Shown here piece by piece: positions 19,561 to 28,685 of a stretch of DNA of 64,000 nucleotides. The position numbers and the translations under genes were made by a program. The notes below the pieces were generated by a model. That model made no database searches, was not told the origin of the DNA, and was given only the letters and a program-made list of their open reading frames with translations. The DNA comes from Bacteroidota bacterium (lineage in GTDB: Bacteria; Bacteroidota; Bacteroidia; AKYH767-A; 2013-40CM-41-45): the NCBI GenBank assembly GCA_031417555.1, contig JANOVV010000112.1, positions 45,559-109,558 on the forward strand, read 5' to 3'. Numbering within the stretch: the first letter of the stretch is position 1; each line of letters opens with the position of its first letter.

Positions 19561-22074
19561 TCAATTCGTTTTTACAATTTTTTTGATTGATGAATTATTA
19601 TCACCCGTTAATTTACAAAAATAAATTCCGCTTTGTATTGGAGGAAGGTTAATATAAATTTTATTTTTTCCGATAGTTGAATTTATTTTCTGAGAATATA
19701 TAATCTTTCCTGTTTGATCTATTAAAGAAATCATTTTAACAGATTGCTTTGCGGAAAAGAACTCAGCCGTTAAATTTTGATTAACGATTGTTGGATAAAT
19801 TTGAAAACTATTTATCGATGAAGACAATGTTGGTATTCCAACGAATAAATCATCTAAATTACGTTTGTAAACTCCATGGCCATGAGTAAATATTACTAAC
19901 GACCTATTGATTTCAGAGTATTCGATATCAAAAACCATAACGGCCTCCGGTAATCCGGCATTTAATGTTTCCCAGGCAGTGCCGCCATCATAAGATACGA
20001 AAACACCGTAATCACAACCAACAAAAATTAAGTTCGGATTGACAGGATTAACAAAAACCGTATGAAGAGGAATATCGGGAAGTGTTGCGCTAACATCAGT
20101 CCATGTATTTCCATTATTAATTGTTTTATAAACATGCCCCGTGCCGAAGCCTGAAAAAACAATGTAAGCGATGCTATCGTTAAATGGATCTACAGCAATA
20201 TCACGAGGATATCTGTTTGGCAAACCGGTTGAAATATTAGCATACGTTTGCCCTCCGTCTTCGCTTAAAAAAACATGCATGGGATAATTTGTTGACGGGG
20301 TTGTAGCAAAATAGATTTTATTTTCATCGGTATGGCTTATATCCATGCTTAGTATTGGATTGTAAAAATCAACGGATCCTGAATTGTTCCATGAGATTCC
20401 CTGATCATAAGAAAAGTTCAGGTTTTCATCACCTGCATACATTACCAAATGGTTGGACGGTGCAATCATATAAGGAGCAACAAAAGCAGGTTGATTACCC
20501 ATAAAAATATTGAAAAAATTATATCCGCTATCGACGGATTGGTTCATATATAAATATTGCGAAGCAGCAAATTGAATACTTGGATTTGTTTGATCGATTG
20601 CATTAAAAGTTCCATCGCCACCATCAACAGGAATCCAGTTTAATGTTCCATTGTAGCGGTGTGTATTTCTGTCTTGCAGACCGCCGAGCGCAAGATTCGA
20701 ATCCGAAGAAACAACAGAGCCGTGATAAAATTGAGAAACATTATAGCCGTTTGCACACCAATTCCATTTTTCACCAAAATCGTTTGATCGGTATAAACCT
20801 GCATCTGTAAGGAGATAAATTTTATTTGCATCAAGTGGATTGGAAATTAATCCATGCAGATCGGGCCACGGTAATGTATCGATGCCTTCCGGAATAAAAT
20901 CTGTTGAACGTAAAAGGTTATTGCCTCCTGTTAAAGATTGAAAAAGATAGACACCTCCTACGAAGACATTATTGCTGTCGGTGTCTTTTATTTTTAAGCA
21001 TTTTGCATACCAACCCTGGTATGATGCAACATCACTTGTACTAACAATTGACCATGAGAGACCTTTATTTTCTGAGCGATACAATCCTACAGAAGAAAAG
21101 TCATTGGCGATATTTGCCATTACGATGTTTGGATTGTTTTTATATACATCTATAGTAATCCGGCCTGAATTTGGAAAACCAGGTAAACCAGTTGTTAGTT
21201 TATTCCATATTGTTCCAGCATCCGTTGATTTAAATAAACCATGATCAGGGCTGGACAAATTTCCAACGCCGGCATATAAAATTGTAGAATCACTGGGATC
21301 GATTTCAAGATCCATGACCATTGTTTTATTGAAAGAAATTGTCCAGGAAGTACCTGCATCCAATGATTTATATATTCCTTCAGTGGTCGCAGCATAAACG
21401 GTTTTAGGATTTTGCGGATTAAAAACAATATCCCAGATACCACGTTGCTGATTATAATTCCAATTGAGAGAATGAGTCCATGTGATTCCACCATCGAGGG
21501 ACTTAAGAATTCCGATACCATTACTGCCGCGGGTGGTGCGAATATCGAGGCCATTTAAGGAAGTACCGTAATCATACGTTTCTCCTGTGCCAATGTACAT
21601 TTCATTTTTATTGTTTGGATTGATAGCAATTGCGCCTACTCCAAGAACGGGGAATCCTGTGGTAATATATTGCCAGGCATTTATCCCATAACCACCGGTA
21701 GTAGATTTCCATAATCCGCCGGACGCGGACCCTAGCCAAATAATATTAGTATCGACGGGATCGATAGCTATACTAATGGTTCTTCCGCCGACATTTTGCG
21801 GACCCATACTTTGCCATTCTGAATTGCTTTGTAATCTCGAAGAAGCATTTGAAAAATTTGCTTTATAAAAATCCCATGCTCTTCCATAAGCATCAGAAGG
21901 AACATCCGTATTTGGAAAAGCGGCTGCTGACCCTAAAAATTGTAAAGCATCGTAAGCAACGCTGTGGTCCTCTTTTTCTTTATTTTCCTGAGGTCTTTTT
22001 GTTTCGAAAATATAAAATACGAAGGTAAGAGTTAAAATAAATAACGTAAGTGCAGAAATTATTTTTATTTTCAT
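19561..22074 (-). CDS. BNR/Asp-box repeat protein with C-terminal T9SS type A sorting domain
   Basis: At least 9 SxDxGxTW-type repeats (SLDGGITW, SLDAGTSW, STDAGTIW, SYDQGISW, SYDGGTAW...). Signal peptide. Type A CTD-like C-terminus (GIYFCKL...KKIVK). Confidence 0.7.
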   Translation of the reverse strand: MKIKIISALTLFILTLTFVFYIFETKRPQENKEKEDHSVAYDALQFLGSAAAFPNTDVPSDAYGRAWDFYKANFSNASSRLQSNSEWQSMGPQNVGGRTISIAIDPVDTNIIWLGSASGGLWKSTTGGYGINAWQYITTGFPVLGVGAIAINPNNKNEMYIGTGETYDYGTSLNGLDIRTTRGSNGIGILKSLDGGITWTHSLNWNYNQQRGIWDIVFNPQNPKTVYAATTEGIYKSLDAGTSWTISFNKTMVMDLEIDPSDSTILYAGVGNLSSPDHGLFKSTDAGTIWNKLTTGLPGFPNSGRITIDVYKNNPNIVMANIANDFSSVGLYRSENKGLSWSIVSTSDVASYQGWYAKCLKIKDTDSNNVFVGGVYLFQSLTGGNNLLRSTDFIPEGIDTLPWPDLHGLISNPLDANKIYLLTDAGLYRSNDFGEKWNWCANGYNVSQFYHGSVVSSDSNLALGGLQDRNTHRYNGTLNWIPVDGGDGTFNAIDQTNPSIQFAASQYLYMNQSVDSGYNFFNIFMGNQPAFVAPYMIAPSNHLVMYAGDENLNFSYDQGISWNNSGSVDFYNPILSMDISHTDENKIYFATTPSTNYPMHVFLSEDGGQTYANISTGLPNRYPRDIAVDPFNDSIAYIVFSGFGTGHVYKTINNGNTWTDVSATLPDIPLHTVFVNPVNPNLIFVGCDYGVFVSYDGGTAWETLNAGLPEAVMVFDIEYSEINRSLVIFTHGHGVYKRNLDDLFVGIPTLSSSINSFQIYPTIVNQNLTAEFFSAKQSVKMISLIDQTGKIIYSQKINSTIGKNKIYINLPPIQSGIYFCKLTGDNNSSIKKIVKTN

Positions 22075-22245
22075 TTGAATTTATTTTATTAATGATCTTA
22101 ATGGAAAACCAATTTGCTTTTTAAGTATTTAGATCTGATTTTGAATTATTCCAAATATATATAAAATACTAATGATGTTATAATTTATTTAGAAAGGAAT
22201 ATGTTAAAGTTGGGTTTTAAAATCGTTCTTAAATTATTCTTTTTC

Positions 22246-22346
22246 GACTTTGTGAAACTTTGTGGGCCTTTGTGAACTTTGTGGTTAAAAAGTGCCGTTG
22301 GAGTTTTACCACAGAGTTCACAAAGGTGCACGGAGACTCACAAAGG
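22246..22346. repeat. Array of CTTTGTG direct repeats plus inverted CACAAAG copies, embedding a 19-bp near-perfect inverted repeat
   Basis: Four CTTTGTG copies at 22248, 22258, 22268 and 22277 (9-10 bp phasing). Inverted copies at 22309, 22318 and 22339. Stem cctttgtgaactttgtggt / accacagagttcacaaagg with a 22-nt loop. Confidence 0.6.
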
Positions 22347-22358
22347 GTTAATGGTTGG

Positions 22359-23315
22359 TTAAAAATATAATCCCCGAAAAATCGCTTTGCCGCTTCCACT
22401 CCATTCTATCGCCGGTGCCGGTAGATGAATTATATTTATCAGCTTAAATGCTGAAGATAAGAAACGTGACTTTGTTTGAATGCGAGCAAGATCAAAATCT
22501 AATGCAAGATAATATTGCCGATGCCTTTCAAAAGACGGAATCATTTTACCATCCACTTCTATTGGATTACTTTTTCCACCTGTCATGCCTTCTGCTCCGT
22601 AGCCTATTGCCACGCTAAACCATCGTGGTAAAATGGAAGATTTAAAAAAAGATCTTGGATTGATCGTCAGCCAATACGTTAATCCATTATAATCTTTAAG
22701 AATATTTTCAGGCAATGTGCTTCCTAATAGTTTTGGATTGTATGCAGAGTACTTTGTCTGATGGAAAGAATACTTTAAAACAATGCGTTGTTCATGCCAT
22801 GTCAGTTGCTGTCCGGCAAACAAAGCTACTCCTCCAGCATTGGCAAGCATGTCTCCTCCACTAAATCCCCATTGTTTTGAAAAACCATCGAATACTTCAA
22901 CCGTAGTCTGAAAAAGAAAAGCAATTCCTGCTCCGTAAAGTATCGCTTTCTTTTCTTTATAACCCGCCCATTCATAACAATGCATAAGTGGTTTTGAAAT
23001 TGAATAGGCATCCCATATATGTCCGAACTTGTCCATTTGCTCCCATTCACTGTTATCATTAAAAAAATGAAAAGCTGACTGCGGGTAATCCGAATACCAT
23101 TGAGAATATAGCCATGTCATGCTCAGTCCATACATTCCAACGATGGAATAATTCAAAGTATGCACTCTTTTTGTATTTAATACTGAAGATTTTTTGAAAA
23201 AATTTGTTGTGTCACTAAAAATATAATTTCCAGCTAAATTACTCGAAGGTTGTTTTGCAAAAGAAGAAAATGACAAATGAATTAGTAAAAATAAAAAAAC
23301 AAATATCCATTTCAT
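22359..23315 (-). CDS. Putative PorP/SprF-family type IX secretion outer-membrane protein
   Basis: About 320 aa with a signal peptide (MKWIFVFLFLLIHLSFSSFA) and a C-terminal aromatic residue (LYF). It lies immediately downstream of, and overlapping, a type B CTD cargo gene. The ORF opens at a TTG at 23363, but the internal Met at 23315 gives a clean signal peptide. Confidence 0.5.
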   Translation of the reverse strand: MKWIFVFLFLLIHLSFSSFAKQPSSNLAGNYIFSDTTNFFKKSSVLNTKRVHTLNYSIVGMYGLSMTWLYSQWYSDYPQSAFHFFNDNSEWEQMDKFGHIWDAYSISKPLMHCYEWAGYKEKKAILYGAGIAFLFQTTVEVFDGFSKQWGFSGGDMLANAGGVALFAGQQLTWHEQRIVLKYSFHQTKYSAYNPKLLGSTLPENILKDYNGLTYWLTINPRSFFKSSILPRWFSVAIGYGAEGMTGGKSNPIEVDGKMIPSFERHRQYYLALDFDLARIQTKSRFLSSAFKLINIIHLPAPAIEWSGSGKAIFRGLYF

Positions 23316-23359
23316 TCCGCTTAACGACTTAGAGAAAATCATAAAATATATTTTACTAA

Positions 23360-25039
23360 TCAACGGAAAACGTAAATACTGCCTTTCTTCGTTCTTTCTT
23401 CATTATGAATTGAATAATTTATAATGTAATTATAAAATCCTTCCTGAACCAATCGGCCTTTTGAAATACCATCCCATCCTATATCACGATCATCAGATTT
23501 GAAAATTTCCTGTCCCCATCGGTCATAAATATAAATTTTAAACGTTGAGGTTTCTGAACCACTCACTCTGAAAATCTCGTTTATGGCATCACCATTCGGT
23601 GTAAATGCATTCGGAACTATAATGTCATTGATACAATCTTCCTTTACAAACATTGTATCGGAAGCCGGACAACCGTACGAATTTTTTATCTGAACAGAAT
23701 AACTACCATCATACTTTACAATATAAAATGAATCTGTTGAATTATCCTGCCACTGATATTCGGAAAAAGTTCCGGGTTGTAAAACAAATTGCGAGCCTGA
23801 ACAAATAAAAGTATCAGCACCCAGTGAGACATTTGGAAATGCACCCGGCCCATAATTAATTGTTATCAACACCGATAATGAGCATGTGCCGGGTTCTGTT
23901 ACTGTAATATAATAATCTGTAGCTTTTAATCCTGAAGCAAAAGAATTATTAAGCGAAGCATCATGAGACCATGAATATGAAATACCAACACCGGGATTCT
24001 TAACTGTAATTTGGGCTGTACCATCGTTTCCACCTTTACAAGTCACCGGAGAAGTTAAAGTAATAGCAGAATTGATCTTTATTTGTTTTACTATTTGTGT
24101 ATCGATAGCGCAACCACCTTTGGTATTCAATGTAACATTGTAAATTCCTCCCGAACTAAATTGATGAATGGCATTATTTCCCGAGAATGTATTTTTTGAA
24201 GAAAGCGAATCACCAAAATTCCAATCCCATTGATCGTGGCATCCCGGATTCAGGTCATTAAAAGTAATTGAGGTTCCGCCATTGCAGGTATAAACGATAT
24301 CATCGGGAACACTGGGCGCTTCGCTTATTAAAAAATCATCGAAAGCAAGTCCATCATAATTATTACATGTCGTTCCACTTCCGAATGTAAAACGGAATTT
24401 GACGCTTGGTTGATTGGCTAAAACTTTTAGACAATGCGTGGCAAGTTTCCATATACCGCTTCCACCACCGCCGCTGCAGGAACCGGAAGATGTTTGCGTC
24501 GTTCCTGACCAGCCATCTGTATTCTGAATAAAGCTATTCAGATTTGTTATGCCGGAATGATTAAACCAATTCTGATCGTTGCATTGAACAGGATCATTTC
24601 GGCTTCCAGCAGTTTTCCATGTAACACCTAAATCGAGAGAGTATTGAAAATTACCTCCGTCATACGTCCGTTCTGTGTCCCAGAAAATTAGAAAGGAAAC
24701 AAAAGGTCTGTTCAATGTTGTAAAGTCGAAGCAAGGACTCTCCACCCACGATCGTTCACCGTAATTATAAAATGAAGTTGTTAATCCGCCGGTAACCCAA
24801 CATTTGTTTCCTGCACCTGCGCCGCTAATAACCGGTTTGGAAGGAGTGCCCCAGGCCCAGTCATTATTTATTCCTGTGCTAATCCAATTGGCTGTTCCTC
24901 CTTCAAAACTTTCCCGGTAAGGAAAACTATTGATCGTTGCAGAACATTGTGCATTTACCTGATTAACAAGCAGCGTAAATAAAACGACTATTAAAGAGCT
25001 TCTGAGTTGATGCACAATAAGATGGATGGGATTATGCAA
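23360..25039 (-). CDS. Secreted adhesin-like protein with T9SS type B (gliding-motility-associated) C-terminal domain
   Basis: C-terminal motif PNAFTPNGDAINEIFRV...YIYDRWGQEIFKS; Cys/Gly-rich repeats and PKD-like region; signal peptide. Confidence 0.7.
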   Translation of the reverse strand: MHNPIHLIVHQLRSSLIVVLFTLLVNQVNAQCSATINSFPYRESFEGGTANWISTGINNDWAWGTPSKPVISGAGAGNKCWVTGGLTTSFYNYGERSWVESPCFDFTTLNRPFVSFLIFWDTERTYDGGNFQYSLDLGVTWKTAGSRNDPVQCNDQNWFNHSGITNLNSFIQNTDGWSGTTQTSSGSCSGGGGSGIWKLATHCLKVLANQPSVKFRFTFGSGTTCNNYDGLAFDDFLISEAPSVPDDIVYTCNGGTSITFNDLNPGCHDQWDWNFGDSLSSKNTFSGNNAIHQFSSGGIYNVTLNTKGGCAIDTQIVKQIKINSAITLTSPVTCKGGNDGTAQITVKNPGVGISYSWSHDASLNNSFASGLKATDYYITVTEPGTCSLSVLITINYGPGAFPNVSLGADTFICSGSQFVLQPGTFSEYQWQDNSTDSFYIVKYDGSYSVQIKNSYGCPASDTMFVKEDCINDIIVPNAFTPNGDAINEIFRVSGSETSTFKIYIYDRWGQEIFKSDDRDIGWDGISKGRLVQEGFYNYIINYSIHNEERTKKGSIYVFR

Positions 25040-25087
25040 ATCAACGGAATTTCTCTCAGGCGGGCAAATATTCTTGTGAATGGATTC

Positions 25088-26680
25088 TTAAAGTCCGCCA
25101 ATAATCTTGTCTTTTGGATATTTTACTTTGTATCCCAAGCGGATTTTCTTGGTTTCTCCACTCTTTAGCTCTAATTTCCAGTTTATCATGCCAGTGTCAG
25201 GATTGTAATTGCCATTGGACAGTTCTCCACTGGTTATCTTAATATCACCATCGGTACTGAGCGGAATTTGATCTTCGATAGTAATAATTACAGTTTCTTT
25301 TTTTGAATTGCGAACAGATGTTTCAAATAAAAAATCTTTTTCAACATTACTGCCAATAAATTTAGTCGTATTCATGTCTTTTACTAATTCACGTTTTACA
25401 ACAATACGTTTATCGCGGCCGAAGGAAAGTTTTAACGTGTCTGTAGTTGCTGCCGGATTTATAAATGATTGTCCGACATAACTATTTTCTAGATAAACAT
25501 TTGAATTACCCGGAAGAAGATTTAATTTTTCCCAACCTGTGATACTAGCCATCAGGAAAGCATCTTTATCAAGTTTAGGTGTAGAATAATATGAATAAGA
25601 AGCTGGCAATGTAAACGATTGTATATCCATCATCACTTCTTTGCCATTGGAAAGAACTGTGTAAGGAAGTTGGATGTCAAATTCTGTGACGAGTTGATTC
25701 TCCTGCATTTGTACTGCATCAACCATAGTAAATTCTTCGCTTTGAGGAATTTCAGCAGCATCTTGTTTAGACATTGATCTTTCCATTGTTGGAGCACTTA
25801 AATTTTGCTCATAACGTGGTCGGATAAATCGTAAAAACCATGGATTAAGTTGTGGTTTAGTGCCACCCAGTGTTGGATTACCTGTAGATAGAGCTACATG
25901 AACATTTTCCCAGTTCTCTCCTGTATTTTGAATTACAACCGCTTTGTAAAGAAGGCTTACAGGACTATTCACATCTTTGGCTCTCAGATCATACGAAGGG
26001 CTCCAGGAAGCGCCGCGGGCAAAATAAGTTAATCCAATTTCAACATTTGTTTTTTGTTTGGATGAAATATTTACAAAAATTGTCCCTGATGGTTGATTCA
26101 TTTTTCCATTCTCAACCTGAATTTGATCATTTACTCGTTGAATTTTTTCTGAAAGTTTTATTTTCTTTTTATCGATATCGAGTATTTTGCTTTTTACTTC
26201 AATCATTCGCTGCCGGAAAAAATCAATGGCTTTATGTAAATTTTCGGTATTAACTCCAACATTGCTGCCGCCGACAGATTTGTTGGCATTCAACATGCCA
26301 GCTTCTTCGTTATAAACAGCCAGTAACATATTCAATTCATTTAATGAAGCGGTAAAAATATCAAGAGAGTCTTTTAATTTTTTTAGTTCAGGAGTAATTT
26401 TATTTTCTTTTATATAATCCAAAGAATAGGAAGTTGATAAGATCATTGCTTCACCGTTAACTGAAACCGATATAGAGTTTCTGTCGATTTGTGACGATAA
26501 GTTTTCTACTACGATTTGGGTAACACCGGACTCAATGGTTGTTTTAAAGTTTCTGTTAACCTGAGCACCGGAAAGGAAAATTTTTACATCTTTAACCTGA
26601 GAAGATACTATACTTTTTTCATTATCTCCGAAAGACTGCTTAGCAGCTAACAGCAGAAAAGCCACGATTATCTTTTTCAT
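25088..26680 (-). CDS. DUF4139 (MuiA-like) family secreted protein
   Basis: Signal peptide; overall resemblance to DUF4140/DUF4139 proteins, from memory only; no catalytic motif. Confidence 0.45.
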   Translation of the reverse strand: MKKIIVAFLLLAAKQSFGDNEKSIVSSQVKDVKIFLSGAQVNRNFKTTIESGVTQIVVENLSSQIDRNSISVSVNGEAMILSTSYSLDYIKENKITPELKKLKDSLDIFTASLNELNMLLAVYNEEAGMLNANKSVGGSNVGVNTENLHKAIDFFRQRMIEVKSKILDIDKKKIKLSEKIQRVNDQIQVENGKMNQPSGTIFVNISSKQKTNVEIGLTYFARGASWSPSYDLRAKDVNSPVSLLYKAVVIQNTGENWENVHVALSTGNPTLGGTKPQLNPWFLRFIRPRYEQNLSAPTMERSMSKQDAAEIPQSEEFTMVDAVQMQENQLVTEFDIQLPYTVLSNGKEVMMDIQSFTLPASYSYYSTPKLDKDAFLMASITGWEKLNLLPGNSNVYLENSYVGQSFINPAATTDTLKLSFGRDKRIVVKRELVKDMNTTKFIGSNVEKDFLFETSVRNSKKETVIITIEDQIPLSTDGDIKITSGELSNGNYNPDTGMINWKLELKSGETKKIRLGYKVKYPKDKIIGGL

Positions 26681-26739
26681 TTAATTATTTTTTTAAGTTG
26701 AATTCTGTGCCTTACCATTTTCGTACCACAATATAAATT

Positions 26740-28677
26740 TTATTTCGACGTTACTACAAATACGGTTCTTCGATTTTTGGCTTTGCCTACTTCCATATTA
26801 TTGTCTGCAATAGGCTTAGTTTCTCCAAAACCTTTGGAAGTAATTCTTGATTTATCGATTGAAAGTGAAATTAAATAATCAGCAACAGCCTTTGCCCTGT
26901 TTTCAGAAAGAGTCATATTGCTTAAAGGATCTCCTACATTATCAGTATGACCTTGTAGAGCAACATGAAGCTGAGGGTTTTCATTCAGATAAATTGAAAA
27001 TTCTTCTAACACCGTTTTAATGGTGTCATTAATTGCATAACTATTTGTCGCAAATAAAATATCGTTGAGGGTATATTGTCCGCCGACTACGAGTTTTTTC
27101 AATTCGATGTCAACTATTTTGGGTTCATAATTAGTTGTATCTTTTGCCGAAACATATTGAGATTCGAAAGCAAAACCTTCTTTTTTTATAGAAATCAATA
27201 AATCATTTTTAAAGTTAGTGATAAAAGCATATTCACCGGTGACGGAATCAACTTCAATTTTTGTTAGCTTTTTAGTAATTGCATCTTTTATTTCAATAGT
27301 TGCATTTACGACTTCATTATTTTCGGGACCATTCATATCACCTTTTTGAAAATATACTTTATCGGGGCGAGCTTCGGGATAAAGTTCAAAGGAATAAATA
27401 TCAAAACCGCCTACCCCTCTGTTTAATTTATTAGAAGCAAAATAACCGGTGTGGCCATCCGTGCTTACAAAAAAACCAACTTCATCGGCATCTGTATTAA
27501 TAGGATATCCTAAGTTGACGGGTTTTGTCCAATTACCATTCGGATCCATCTGACATTTAAATATGTCATAACCGCCTAATCCCGGAAGACTGTCGGATGA
27601 AAAATATAATGTCCGACTGTCGCTATGAATGAAAGGTGATTTATCATTTCCATTTGTATTTATTTTCGATCCGAGTTTAACAGCTTTTTTCCAGTTACCG
27701 TTTTCGTCTTTTACGGAATTGTAAATATCGATACCTGTTAAAGAATCTTTTGCTGATGAAAAATAAAGAGATTTGCTGTCTGCAGAAATCGAAGGTTGCG
27801 AATCCCATTGTTTAGGATCGTTAATATTGGGTCCAAGGTTTTTGATTTCTGTCCAATGACCATTCACAAAATCTGAATTACAAATATCAAAATTGTCTTT
27901 TGTATTAACAGTAAAAAAGAGATGTTTATTATCAATCGTAATTGCGGCACCGCCTTCATTATTACTTGATCCCCTGTTGAAGGGATCTTCCATTGGTTTT
28001 CCCTGATCATAAGAACCGTCGGATTTCAAATGTGCGATCATAAATTTTTCAACACTTTGAGGAGTGAGCATATTTTTATCTTTCATTTCAAAACGCCTGG
28101 TAAAAAAAGCGAGTTCATTATCGGGCGAAATGTATGGAAGATATTCAGGGTCAGAGGAAGTAATATTCTTTAAAGGAACAGGATTGAAAGGAACAGGATG
28201 AGCATATAATTTAGCCTTTACGAGCATCTGTTCGGCTCTTGATCCATGATCTTCATTTATTTTATCATAACTAAGAAATTTTTTTAACTGCTCCTCGGCT
28301 TCTTTCCATTTTTTCAAATCGAAATAAAGCCAGCCAAGTTGAAAATAGACTTCTGTATCTAAATCAGGACATAATTCAATTACCTTTTTAAAATTAACTT
28401 CCAGTTCCTTATCTTCTTTTCTTTTCGAAGCGATTTTACCTTGGAGAAGATAAACATCTGCAAATTCGGCATCTTCGTCCACTGCTTTAGATGCCAACTT
28501 TTTTGCATCGTCGTATTTGCGTGACTTAAAAGCATCAGTAGCTTCCTGAAAATAATGAATTGCTTTTTTATTTGTTGATTTAGGACAATTGCTTTCCTGG
28601 CCAGCAGATTCATTGAAAACAAAAACAGTATATCCCAGAGTCAGTACTATTCTTATAATTAAAAATATTTTTGTCAC
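26740..28677 (-). CDS. OmpA-family protein with TPR and WD40-like (PD40) repeats
   Basis: C-terminal OmpA-like domain (NVGDPLSNMTLSENRAKAVADYL...NRRTVFVV); PD40-like repeats; TPR N-terminus; signal peptide. Confidence 0.75.
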   Translation of the reverse strand: MTKIFLIIRIVLTLGYTVFVFNESAGQESNCPKSTNKKAIHYFQEATDAFKSRKYDDAKKLASKAVDEDAEFADVYLLQGKIASKRKEDKELEVNFKKVIELCPDLDTEVYFQLGWLYFDLKKWKEAEEQLKKFLSYDKINEDHGSRAEQMLVKAKLYAHPVPFNPVPLKNITSSDPEYLPYISPDNELAFFTRRFEMKDKNMLTPQSVEKFMIAHLKSDGSYDQGKPMEDPFNRGSSNNEGGAAITIDNKHLFFTVNTKDNFDICNSDFVNGHWTEIKNLGPNINDPKQWDSQPSISADSKSLYFSSAKDSLTGIDIYNSVKDENGNWKKAVKLGSKINTNGNDKSPFIHSDSRTLYFSSDSLPGLGGYDIFKCQMDPNGNWTKPVNLGYPINTDADEVGFFVSTDGHTGYFASNKLNRGVGGFDIYSFELYPEARPDKVYFQKGDMNGPENNEVVNATIEIKDAITKKLTKIEVDSVTGEYAFITNFKNDLLISIKKEGFAFESQYVSAKDTTNYEPKIVDIELKKLVVGGQYTLNDILFATNSYAINDTIKTVLEEFSIYLNENPQLHVALQGHTDNVGDPLSNMTLSENRAKAVADYLISLSIDKSRITSKGFGETKPIADNNMEVGKAKNRRTVFVVTSK

Positions 28678-28685
28678 TCAGCCGC

